Below are positions 20,987 through 29,741 of a stretch of 64,000 nucleotides of DNA, piece by piece; the first letter of the stretch is position 1; each line of letters starts with the position of its first letter. The stretch is taken from positions 3,694 to 67,693 of the forward strand of contig CAYUBJ010000001.1 in assembly GCA_964443065.1 (NCBI GenBank), read 5' to 3'. Made by a program: the position numbers and the translations under genes. Below the pieces are notes generated by a model. It saw only the letters and a list, made by a program, of their open reading frames with translations, searched no databases and had not been told where the DNA came from. This stretch comes from an uncultured Rhodoluna sp. GTDB lineage: Bacteria; Actinomycetota; Actinomycetes; Actinomycetales; Microbacteriaceae.

Positions 20987-22060
20987 TTATTTGCAACTTG
21001 GTAGTGTGTTGGCCTGTCCGGATTTAATTGCCTCCAGGGCATTTATTGAATCCTTCAGCGTTGAAACCTTTATAACTTGAAGCCCTTGAGGAATATTACC
21101 GACCACTTCTGAACAATTAGCGCTTGGCGCTAGGAAGTACTTGGCACCTGCGTTTTTCGCCCCATGCAGTTTTTGCTTTATTCCACCGATAGCGCCGATC
21201 TTTCCGTCAACGTCAATAGTTCCTGTCCCGGCAACATGGTTACCATCAACTAGCGAACCCGGAGTGAGTAAGTCATAAATTGCAAGAGCGAATATCTGCC
21301 CTCCGGAGGGCCCACCAACGTTGCCGACCTCGATGGAGATATCAACTGGGACCTCTGGAACAGTTGCGACAAAGATACCTAGCCGCCAGTTACCATCAAC
21401 CAGTCTTGGGGTGATTTCAAATGTGAAGGTTTCTTCTCCACGGAGAACCTCTAAAACAACTGGTCGCTTTCCCTGACTTGCCGCAACCTGGGCTCTTACC
21501 TGATCAATTCCTGTTGCTTTTTCGCCGTCTACTGTCAACAAGATGTCCCCGGCTTTTAGAATTCCGCCGGCTGCTCCATTTTTTTGAACGACGCTAACTC
21601 GAACATTGGTTTCAATCTGATAGCCAAGTTCGGTTAGTGCTGCCGCTTTTGCACTTGCCTGAGAATCAAGCATCATGATGTCGGCTTCTTCATTTACCTG
21701 ATTAGAATCCACACCTGGCGGATAAACATCCTCCAGCGGAATAATCTCGGCACCATCCTCGAAAAATGACCAGCCAAGCTGAAGCCAAGATGCGCCACGT
21801 TTTGCATCTCCCGAAACGCTAACGGTTAGCAAATCTAGTGAACCCTGAGTTGGGTAAGTCTCCAAATCATTAACTGCAATCACCGGTTTGCCGCCAATGG
21901 TTGAAAGCACGTCATAAACCGGTCCAGGCTTTTCAACTAAATACGAGGTTGGGGCTAAACCCAGAAACAAACTTCCACCGACCAGTCCGGCCGTTCCTAA
22001 TCCCCCGAGAATTAGGCGGGCTAGCGATCGTGGCTTAGCTGATTTACGAATTGGGCTCAT
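20987..22060 (-). CDS. YlbL-type PDZ / Lon-like (S16) protease
   Basis: TM anchor, PGP, PDZ, GGPSGG (Ser), AGTGTI and IGGIKQK (Lys) dyad. Confidence 0.92.
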   Translation of the reverse strand: MSPIRKSAKPRSLARLILGGLGTAGLVGGSLFLGLAPTSYLVEKPGPVYDVLSTIGGKPVIAVNDLETYPTQGSLDLLTVSVSGDAKRGASWLQLGWSFFEDGAEIIPLEDVYPPGVDSNQVNEEADIMMLDSQASAKAAALTELGYQIETNVRVSVVQKNGAAGGILKAGDILLTVDGEKATGIDQVRAQVAASQGKRPVVLEVLRGEETFTFEITPRLVDGNWRLGIFVATVPEVPVDISIEVGNVGGPSGGQIFALAIYDLLTPGSLVDGNHVAGTGTIDVDGKIGAIGGIKQKLHGAKNAGAKYFLAPSANCSEVVGNIPQGLQVIKVSTLKDSINALEAIKSGQANTLPSCK

Positions 22061-22108
22061 TACTAACAGCCTAGGTTAGGCAACGCCCCTTGGCCGCCGT
22101 GTCATCCA

Positions 22109-22122
22109 CGCTATTGGCGAAC
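22109..22122 (-). promoter_or_regulatory. ClgR-type binding site GTTCGC-N5-GCG
   Basis: Minus strand GTTCGC-CAATA-GCG in the divergent YlbL/DUF2342 intergenic region. Confidence 0.6.
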
Positions 22123-22175
22123 ACAATAGAGTTAGCCCCCAAAGAAACAAAAATAGTTCTAGCGTTAACTACACC

Positions 22176-23513
22176 ATGAATGATTTTGACCCCAAAGATG
22201 GCCAACAGCCTGACCCAGACGATTTGCGCAAACTCTGGGAAGAGATGCTCAAGCAGGGCTTCGACCCTGAGGCGCTGGCTGCAGCTGGGGGCTTTGATGG
22301 TACTCCTGAATCACTTCAGCGACTTTTCGAAAACATCCAAGGTGCTTTTCTAATTCCGACTCCACCGATGGATGGCTCAGGAGTTAACTGGGAGGCGGCT
22401 GGGAGCCGTGCCAAAGAAATAGCCAAAGTAAATTCCAAGTCAATTGAAGAGACCGGCAAAAAGAAGTTGCTTGATAACTTGGGCATTGCAAACCTTTGGC
22501 TCAACGAGGCAACCGACATCGCCGAGATCACCACAGAACCAAAGTTGCTCTCGCGAAGTCTCTGGGTGGACGATGCGCTACCACTTTTTAGGATCTTGGC
22601 CGAACCAGTTGCCGATCGAATGAACCGAAGTCTTAGTGAAGCAATTCAAAGTCAGTTACCAGATGAGTTCTCTGAAAGTTTGAAAGGCGCAAGCAACATT
22701 ATGCGCTCTGCCGGAGCGATGATGTTTGCCATGCAGTTGGGTCAAGCACTCGGTCTACTCTCCCGAGAAGCTCTAACCGGAACTGAAATAGGTCTTCCTA
22801 TATATGTTGAGCAACGCCCAGCATTCGTGATGCAGAACCTAGATGAGTTCATAAGATCTTTAGATTTAGGTCCAGATGAAGACCAGGCATACATCTATCT
22901 AGCCCTTCGAGAACTAGCCCACATCCGACTGTTCAAGCACTCACGCTGGTTGAGAGAAAAAGTCGTTGCCCAAATCCGCGAGTATGCAGCCGGCATTTCC
23001 GTGGACACCTCACGCATGCAGGAAATCAGCGAAGATTTTGATCCAAGTAACCCGCAGGAGCTGCAAGCCGCTCTCGAATCCGGCGCCTTCCTTGCAGCTC
23101 GATCAGAAAGCCAACAAACCGCTTTAGACATTATTGAGACAAACCTTGCACTGATTGAAGGCTGGGTTGACGCGGTTACCATCGATGCGGCCAAGCGCTT
23201 ACCAAAAGGTGAAGCAATTAGGGAGGCCGTCAGACGCCGAAGAGCAACCGGTGGACCAGCGGAGAGAACCTTCCAGTCTCTAGTTGGCCTGGAGCTAAGA
23301 CCAAAGCGTATGCGGGAGGCATCTGCTCTTTGGCAAGCAATCGGAAAATCGGTTGGCAATGAAAAAAGAGATTCGCTTTGGGATCACCCTGACTTCCTTC
23401 CAACTTCACAGGACATTGATAACCCGGAGCAGTTTGTAGCAAAGGTCAAAAACGACCTTGGTATTGGTGATGCGATGGATCAGGCAATACGCGACCTGCT
23501 TGGAGATGTGTAG
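22176..23513 (+). CDS. DUF2342 / Zincin-like putative metallohydrolase (Rv3195-like)
   Basis: VNW, LRELAHIRLF, LALIEGWVD, RRRATGGPAE, LVGLELRP and WDHPDFLP motifs. Confidence 0.88.
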   Translation: MNDFDPKDGQQPDPDDLRKLWEEMLKQGFDPEALAAAGGFDGTPESLQRLFENIQGAFLIPTPPMDGSGVNWEAAGSRAKEIAKVNSKSIEETGKKKLLDNLGIANLWLNEATDIAEITTEPKLLSRSLWVDDALPLFRILAEPVADRMNRSLSEAIQSQLPDEFSESLKGASNIMRSAGAMMFAMQLGQALGLLSREALTGTEIGLPIYVEQRPAFVMQNLDEFIRSLDLGPDEDQAYIYLALRELAHIRLFKHSRWLREKVVAQIREYAAGISVDTSRMQEISEDFDPSNPQELQAALESGAFLAARSESQQTALDIIETNLALIEGWVDAVTIDAAKRLPKGEAIREAVRRRRATGGPAERTFQSLVGLELRPKRMREASALWQAIGKSVGNEKRDSLWDHPDFLPTSQDIDNPEQFVAKVKNDLGIGDAMDQAIRDLLGDV

Positions 23514-23555
23514 AACTAAAAACAAAGAATTTGTTTTTGCATCACAATAACCTTC

Positions 23556-24626
23556 GTGTTGCATCGAATAAACAAAGCTCTCCCTACAGCTTGGGTAACC
23601 CCAACAACTCTTCAAATTGGACTTGGTGCAAATCAGCTTCGATTGGAAAATCTAACTGAAGCCGAACAGCGAATTGTCGCCTCACTATACAGCGGTATAG
23701 TCCAAGGCCAAGAAAATGTTTTGGACACGACCATCGGAGCTAATCCAGGTGACACTTTGAAATTGGTGGAAAAGCTTGCGCCACTGGTACGCACTGAGCA
23801 AAGACCAGCATTCGGACCGTGGCAGGAAATAGCCTTCGCTGAAATTGCTCGAGCAGCGTTGGACTACAACGTCAATGGTGAAATGGTTTTGGCTGAGCGA
23901 TGGCAACGCAGCATTCACATCGATCAGCTGGATAAGACCGGCTTGATGTTGACTAAGGCTCTGCTTGCTTCTGGAATTGGAAAAGTGGTTAGTCACGATT
24001 CTGGAAAAGTTCTAAGAACAGATTTGGGTGAACTGGGTTATCCCCCAAAAGCACTAGGGATGGATCGTTTTCTGGCAGCAACTAGCATCGTCGAAGAGCT
24101 AGCCCTCCCAAACAGTTCAAACCGAATAATTGACTTGAATCTAAGATCCAATTCGGAGATCAAACTGTCCTTCGCAATTACAGTTGGCCATCTGGCGCTG
24201 AACCCGAGAACATACTCCAGATGGTTGGCCAGGGACGTTGACCACATCGGTATTACCTTCAATCTAGATTTTGCTCAAATTTCCCCTGTTGTCATACCCG
24301 GCAAAACCGCATGTTTGAACTGCTTGCAGGAGTTAGCGGTAGACAAAGATGAATACTGGCCAGTAATAGCAACACAGTTGTTAGAGCTTCCAAGAATGCG
24401 AGATGATGCCGCAGCTTTATTGGCAGCCTGCGGACTAGCCTGCCGAGCAATTTTGCGAAGGATAGATGAGCAGTCCGGATTCAAACAAATAACCGCTACA
24501 CAAGAACAGTGTTTACTTGGCTACCGAATTGATTACGGAACGGGAAATGTTGAAAGAGTCAAATACGAAAGACACTCACTTTGCAGTTGCCAGGAATTTA
24601 GTCAAAAAACTTTAGAAATCGGCTAG
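23556..24626 (+). CDS. ThiF/E1-like (TOMM cyclodehydratase C-protein-like, Rv3196-like) protein
   Basis: LQIG N-terminal domain, ALLASGIG, PVVIPGKTACLNC, D-x2-WP and terminal HSLCSC Zn motifs. Confidence 0.78.
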   Translation: MLHRINKALPTAWVTPTTLQIGLGANQLRLENLTEAEQRIVASLYSGIVQGQENVLDTTIGANPGDTLKLVEKLAPLVRTEQRPAFGPWQEIAFAEIARAALDYNVNGEMVLAERWQRSIHIDQLDKTGLMLTKALLASGIGKVVSHDSGKVLRTDLGELGYPPKALGMDRFLAATSIVEELALPNSSNRIIDLNLRSNSEIKLSFAITVGHLALNPRTYSRWLARDVDHIGITFNLDFAQISPVVIPGKTACLNCLQELAVDKDEYWPVIATQLLELPRMRDDAAALLAACGLACRAILRRIDEQSGFKQITATQEQCLLGYRIDYGTGNVERVKYERHSLCSCQEFSQKTLEIG

Positions 24627-26271
24627 CCGAGTTTTCTCTACCCGTTTCAGAATCCCGCTGGGGCCAAGTAATAACCAACGAATCCTTGGCTCTGGTAATT
24701 GCAACATAGAACAGTCTCTGCTCCTCAATGATGTCAACTTCAGTTTTTGCATAACTGATCGGCAGATAACCTTCGGTAGCGCCGATAATAAACACCGATT
24801 GATACTCCAGGCCCTTAGCGGCGTGAATGGTGCTCAAAGTTACCGATTCACGAACTGGTTCGTGTTGTGAACGCTGCCTTTCATCTAACTCGTTAGCAAA
24901 ATCTTGGATGGTTGCATTTGCCCCGAGCTCTTCAGCAATCTGAACGAAGTGGTTCAAAGCTTCCCAGTTTTCCAACTTGGTTCCACCCTCTTCTGGACGA
25001 ACACTCTGCCAACCGAGCGATCTGACCAGCGCGGTGACGACTTCGTACAGTGGCTTACTGCTAGGTGCGCTTGCCTCAGCTCGAACAAGGCGAATAGCGC
25101 TCATCACATCTTGGCGATTGAAAAAACGCTGACCGCCTCGAACCTGATATTCAATTCCGATTTCAGTCAGGGCCTGCTCAACGGGTTCCGATTGACCATT
25201 GATTCGATAAAGCACAGCAATCTGGCTAGCTTTTACTCCGGCTGATAGTTGCTGTTTTATTTTGGCTGCAACCGCCTTAGCCTCAAGTTGTTTATTTTCA
25301 TAAACGTTGACCTCTGGGCTAAGCCCGAGCGGCCTCTTTGCCTCAAGTTCATCGAGATGTTGATGAACCCGCACCCGGTTAGCAACTCTGATGATCTCTG
25401 GATTAGATCGGTAATTGGTATTTAGCTGGATCAGGTTTGCATCGGGATAGCGAAGCGTGAAGTTTTCAAGATAACTGGAGCTAGCTCCAGTGAAAGAGTA
25501 GATGGTTTGATTTGGATCACCGACAACGCAGATGTCGTTTCTATCGCCAAGCCAAGTGTCCAGAAGATCCTGCTGCAATGGGGAAATGTCCTGATACTCA
25601 TCGACGGTGAAAAAGCGGTATTGCTGTTGGACGTGAGCTAGTGCCCTGGCTTCCGCACGAAGCATTCCCGTGCAGAGCAGAATCACATCCTCCCAATCCA
25701 TTCGCTTGTCCTTGAGGTTCTCCTGCTCATAGGCGGCCTGAATGTCGATGACGCGATTGGCTGATATTCCTTGCGGTAGAACTCTCTCCGAGATTTTCTC
25801 GGCATACTCTTCAAGGCTAAGAAGCGAAAACTTTCGCCACTCTATTTCAGTTGCAATATCTCTTATCGAATTTGGATCGAGTTTTATTTTTAGAGAGCTA
25901 GCAGCCTGAGCAATGGTCTTTGCCTTAGATTCTTGAACTCTAAAAGGTTGAGTGCCATACAGGGTTCTGAAAAAGTACTCCAATTGCGCCAGCGCAGCTG
26001 AGTGAAAAGTTTTGGCATTTGCAGACTGCACGCCAAGTGCGCGAAGCCTAGCCCGCAGCTCTCCGGCTGCACGGTTGGTATAGGTAAGTGCTAAGACTCT
26101 GTTTTCACTAAAGTCACCGCGAACAATTCCGTAGGCGATTCGATGGGTTATGGTTCGAGTCTTACCGGTTCCAGCGCCAGCTAGAATCACGGTCGGGCCC
26201 AAGAGCGATTGGGCGGCCTGAGCCTGATTATCATCAAGGGCCTGGAGAATTTGTTCCGGTTCCAATTGCAT
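24598..26271 (-). CDS. uvrD2: ATP-dependent DNA helicase UvrD2-like (no HRDC domain)
   Basis: AGAGTGKT, DEYQD, GDPNQTIY, NYRS, TIHAAKGLE and YVAITRA motifs. Confidence 0.9.
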   Translation of the reverse strand: MQLEPEQILQALDDNQAQAAQSLLGPTVILAGAGTGKTRTITHRIAYGIVRGDFSENRVLALTYTNRAAGELRARLRALGVQSANAKTFHSAALAQLEYFFRTLYGTQPFRVQESKAKTIAQAASSLKIKLDPNSIRDIATEIEWRKFSLLSLEEYAEKISERVLPQGISANRVIDIQAAYEQENLKDKRMDWEDVILLCTGMLRAEARALAHVQQQYRFFTVDEYQDISPLQQDLLDTWLGDRNDICVVGDPNQTIYSFTGASSSYLENFTLRYPDANLIQLNTNYRSNPEIIRVANRVRVHQHLDELEAKRPLGLSPEVNVYENKQLEAKAVAAKIKQQLSAGVKASQIAVLYRINGQSEPVEQALTEIGIEYQVRGGQRFFNRQDVMSAIRLVRAEASAPSSKPLYEVVTALVRSLGWQSVRPEEGGTKLENWEALNHFVQIAEELGANATIQDFANELDERQRSQHEPVRESVTLSTIHAAKGLEYQSVFIIGATEGYLPISYAKTEVDIIEEQRLFYVAITRAKDSLVITWPQRDSETGRENSASRFLKFFD

Positions 26272-26273
26272 GA

Positions 26274-27221
26274 CTAGTTGCCTTCTAGCTCAGTCAATGT
26301 TTGAATCTCCTCGCCGAGCCATCTTTCAATAAGTGCTCTGGCAATAGATATGCGACTCGGAAGTTGAATTTGTTTAGCTTCGGCACGAAGTTCGTCTCGA
26401 CTAAACCAGCGAAGTTTTGCAATTTCGATTCCATCGGCCAGAATATCTTCCGCACTGTTCGAGCTATCAACTTTTGCGGTAAAGGCCAACATTAGTGAGT
26501 AAGGATAGGGCCAAGCTTGTGAACCTAAGTAAACAGGATCGGTTACATGAATACCCGACTCTTCAAACATTTCACGCTTGACCGCTGACTCCAGTGACTC
26601 AGCAGCTTCAACAAAGCCAGCTAAAACAGACCAGCGATTTTCTTGCCAGCTACCTTGAGAACCGAGCAGGATTCGATCCTGATTATCGATGATGCTAACA
26701 ATTACTGCGGCGTCGGTTCTTGGAAAAAGTTCACGATCTTCACTGATGCAAAATCTTGACCAGCCCCCTTGACGCATGATCGTAATCTGACCGCAGGCTG
26801 GACAGAACTGGTGAGTCTCGTGCCAGTTGTGGATAGCCAGAGCCTGAGTAAACAAGGTCGCATAGGCTGGAGCCAATCCTGCGCCAGTTCTTCTTAGTTC
26901 TTTCCAGTTGTCTAAGTTTGGCTCTAAAGCTAAAGCAGCATTGTCGCTGAGTACTGAGAGAACTATTGGGCTATTTATTGGAATATCCTCGATGGCCTGA
27001 TTGGTTCGTCCAAGATAAACTCGGTATTTGCCTGCGGTAGCCTGATCGGTTCGGAACATAACCAACTTGCCATCATTCAGCAGCGTCTTACCTTTATAAA
27101 TAACCAGAATTCTGGTTTCTGGCTCGCTCCAAAGCAAATCAAAAAGCTCAGCCCCATCGCGGGCAAGGCTGTCCCGATTGAGCACCGGCTGGGCCAGAGG
27201 CAGGTTGAGCATTGTGGTCAT
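26274..27221 (-). CDS. nudC: NAD(H) diphosphatase / NAD-cap decapping Nudix enzyme
   Basis: FCPACG, FPRTD, Nudix box GFVE..E.......RE..EESG, SQAWPYP. Confidence 0.94.
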   Translation of the reverse strand: MTTMLNLPLAQPVLNRDSLARDGAELFDLLWSEPETRILVIYKGKTLLNDGKLVMFRTDQATAGKYRVYLGRTNQAIEDIPINSPIVLSVLSDNAALALEPNLDNWKELRRTGAGLAPAYATLFTQALAIHNWHETHQFCPACGQITIMRQGGWSRFCISEDRELFPRTDAAVIVSIIDNQDRILLGSQGSWQENRWSVLAGFVEAAESLESAVKREMFEESGIHVTDPVYLGSQAWPYPYSLMLAFTAKVDSSNSAEDILADGIEIAKLRWFSRDELRAEAKQIQLPSRISIARALIERWLGEEIQTLTELEGN

Positions 27222-27301
27222 TTTGCTTCTTCTACTAAAGCTTGCACAGGATTGCGTGGCGAAAACAGGTCTTGGCGTAGTTCTTGTCTAACCTGAATTG
27301 C

Positions 27302-28363
27302 ATGGGCAAACCTTCCTTGATTTTAGCGGCGTTAGCAGCCGACGCATTGCCTGGGCTTAGATTCCAGCAAGTTCAGGACATCTCAGAGCCAGGCGCTGAC
27401 ATTGTTACCGAATTATTGACCACCGATGACGGGCAGCAGGTGCTGCTCAAATCTCCGAAAACCGCCTTGGCCCTTACCCGACTGGGCCTTGAGGTTCGAG
27501 CACTGCGTGTCCTAAAACACGTCAGCCTTCCTTTTCGGGTTCCGGCACTGCTTGGGGAAACTTCCCCTGGAGCGGTCTATAAAGCTCTGGCTTTTGACTA
27601 TGTGACCGGAAGAGCAATCAACTTGCCCAACCTACGGCTAGAAGATCCGTTGATTACTAGCCTGGGCCAAACTTTGGCACAGATTCATTCAATTCCGACC
27701 AGCTTGGTAGCTGACGCTGGCCTTCCAGAATATGAGCCAGCTCTTCGAGTTCGCGACCGAGTCGCCGAGTTTGACCGGGCTATGGAAACTGGAAGAATTC
27801 ATCCAGCACTTCTAGAGCGTTGGCAGAATGCACTTCTTGATGTGAACTTGTTCCGCTATCAACCAACCGTGGTGCACGGCTCACTGAACACAAATGTGAT
27901 TTTGACCGAAGCAGGCGAAGTCGTTGGAATTAACAATTGGTCTGAACTTTCAGTTGATGACCCTGCGGTTGACCTAGCCGCCATCTATGCTGATTGCTCT
28001 GTCGAAGTTGCTGACGCAATCTCTCTTGCCTACGAGGGCCTAATAAGAGCGGACCGAAACATTAGACAACGTGCAAATCTCTACTTCGAACTATCGTTAG
28101 CCAACTACCTACTAAAGGCTGTGGATTCTGGTTCTGAAGAACAGATTCAGATTATGACGCAATATCTTGAAGACCTACACGTTGATTTGGAGGAGGGTCG
28201 CCTCTATTCACTAAGCCCTAGTGAATTGGCTCCTAGTGCTCCAGAAGTTGTGACTCCCATTTCACAGGCAGCTAGCTTCACTAGCCCAGTTACCATAATC
28301 ACCGAGCAGCTCGAAGTGGTAGACCTAGCTGAGGTTGAAAAACCAGAGGAAAACAAAGACTGA
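27302..28363 (+). CDS. APH/macrolide-phosphotransferase-fold protein with degenerate active site
   Basis: EVRAL, PFRVP, LAQIH, VVHGSL, GINNW and DDPAVDL motifs; start ATG 27302. Confidence 0.8.
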   Translation: MGKPSLILAALAADALPGLRFQQVQDISEPGADIVTELLTTDDGQQVLLKSPKTALALTRLGLEVRALRVLKHVSLPFRVPALLGETSPGAVYKALAFDYVTGRAINLPNLRLEDPLITSLGQTLAQIHSIPTSLVADAGLPEYEPALRVRDRVAEFDRAMETGRIHPALLERWQNALLDVNLFRYQPTVVHGSLNTNVILTEAGEVVGINNWSELSVDDPAVDLAAIYADCSVEVADAISLAYEGLIRADRNIRQRANLYFELSLANYLLKAVDSGSEEQIQIMTQYLEDLHVDLEEGRLYSLSPSELAPSAPEVVTPISQAASFTSPVTIITEQLEVVDLAEVEKPEENKD

Positions 28364-28418
28364 TTTCCGCTTGCCCGCCAAGTTGTCGTAATCTATAGGT
28401 AACTAAGAAAGAAGCGAC

Positions 28419-28643
28419 ATGGAAGTAAGAATCGGTCTACGTGAGAGCGCTAGAGAGTTGGCCTTTGAGTCAGCCTTGAGCTCTGCAGAACTTGAAAAGA
28501 CTGTGGTCGACACTTTGAACAGTGATGCCAAACTACTCAAGCTCAACGATGACAAGGGCCGCGCCTTTATTGTCCCTGTCGCATCTCTCGCCTTCGTCGA
28601 GATCGGTGCTGACCAAGCCCGAAGAGTTGGATTTATCGCCTAA
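28419..28643 (+). CDS. DUF3107 protein
   Basis: MEVRIG...REL...DDKGR...FVEIG...RRVGF pattern. Confidence 0.92.
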   Translation: MEVRIGLRESARELAFESALSSAELEKTVVDTLNSDAKLLKLNDDKGRAFIVPVASLAFVEIGADQARRVGFIA

Positions 28644-28909
28644 TGGAAATCATCTTCATACTTGTTTACGGTGCACTGCTGGGGCTTATGGCCCCATACC
28701 TGCTTTCCGGCCGAGAGCACTTCGGCGTGCTGCTTGCACCTGCAATTGCATTGGTCTATGGATTTGTAGTTTGGACCGTACTGACCTGGGTTGGGCTTAG
28801 CTATACCGACTACTGGATTTGGACCATAACCATGCTTGGCATGCCTCTGGTGATGATTTTTGGGATTCGTTTTATTCGCTCGAGAAGAATCAAGGCTGAA
28901 AAGAATTAG
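28643..28909 (+). CDS. Small 3-TM hypothetical membrane protein
   Basis: Three hydrophobic segments and a basic tail; TAATG coupling to DUF3107. Confidence 0.75.
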   Translation: MEIIFILVYGALLGLMAPYLLSGREHFGVLLAPAIALVYGFVVWTVLTWVGLSYTDYWIWTITMLGMPLVMIFGIRFIRSRRIKAEKN

Positions 28910-28910
28910 C

Positions 28911-29687
28911 TTAGGCAGCTAGGCCTAGGCCTTCCATTCGTGTCGAGTGAGCCCCAGTTAGTTCTGAAATCAATGGCTCAATCTTTGAATAAGCAGCTAG
29001 GTTGACTTTATTTTCTTCCTCAACAGTTAACTTCTTTGTCTTTGGAATTCCAGCTAACTTACGGTTATCAAATGCTGCACGAAGTTCCAGCAACACGTCA
29101 CCCATTAGTCTTCTCCCCCAAAGCGCTAACCTAGATGCCAAAACTGGATCTGACTCAACGGCATCGGAAAGCACTTTCTTGGCAAACTTTTCAAATGCCT
29201 TATCGCGCAGAGCCTTTTCAACTTCCTGCTGAAGTTCGTCATTTAGCCCCGCAGCCAGTCTTGAATAGAAGTCATCGAGTAAACCTGAAGTTAGATAAAC
29301 CTTGATGACAACTTCATACCAGTCCAATCCGGTGGTGTTGGAATGGAACATCGCAATCCGATCGCGAAATGGATTCATTTGTTCTGCTGGATCTGCACCA
29401 AGCTCAACTAATTTTTTGGATAGTTGACGATATTTATCAAAGCTTCGAGCCGCCGCTTCACCTAATTCAGCCTTGAATTGAGTATTTGGTGAAAACTTTA
29501 GCGCTGCAGTCAGGATTTCAAAGTTTGCTAGTTGAATGTATGCCAATTGACCGAGAAAAGCTTTCGGCTCTGGAGTGTATGGCTTTAGGTTGATAGCCTT
29601 GGTGTTACGAGCATTCTTTTCATCCGTGCGCGATGCAACCGAGAGTTGCTTAGCAACCTTACGGAAACGCTTCAGCCATTCGAACAC
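28911..29687 (-). CDS. Ferritin-like (MiaE_2) fold protein
   Basis: LAYIQL, DWYE, DDFY, RLALWGRRLMG and H..RM..LGL motifs; synteny with DUF3107 and DEAD helicase. Confidence 0.85.
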   Translation of the reverse strand: MFEWLKRFRKVAKQLSVASRTDEKNARNTKAINLKPYTPEPKAFLGQLAYIQLANFEILTAALKFSPNTQFKAELGEAAARSFDKYRQLSKKLVELGADPAEQMNPFRDRIAMFHSNTTGLDWYEVVIKVYLTSGLLDDFYSRLAAGLNDELQQEVEKALRDKAFEKFAKKVLSDAVESDPVLASRLALWGRRLMGDVLLELRAAFDNRKLAGIPKTKKLTVEEENKVNLAAYSKIEPLISELTGAHSTRMEGLGLAA

Positions 29688-29741
29688 CGAACAATCTTAA
29701 CCCCCCTAGACTTGCCCTAAGTAGAAGAGTTAGAGAAATCC

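Noticed and set aside
23556-24626. RiPP/TOMM biosynthetic cluster
   Set aside because: No YcaO, dehydrogenase, precursor or exporter nearby; the gene sits in a conserved housekeeping block.
27302-28363. Macrolide/aminoglycoside resistance kinase
   Set aside because: Catalytic Asp residues are absent and the context is core genome.
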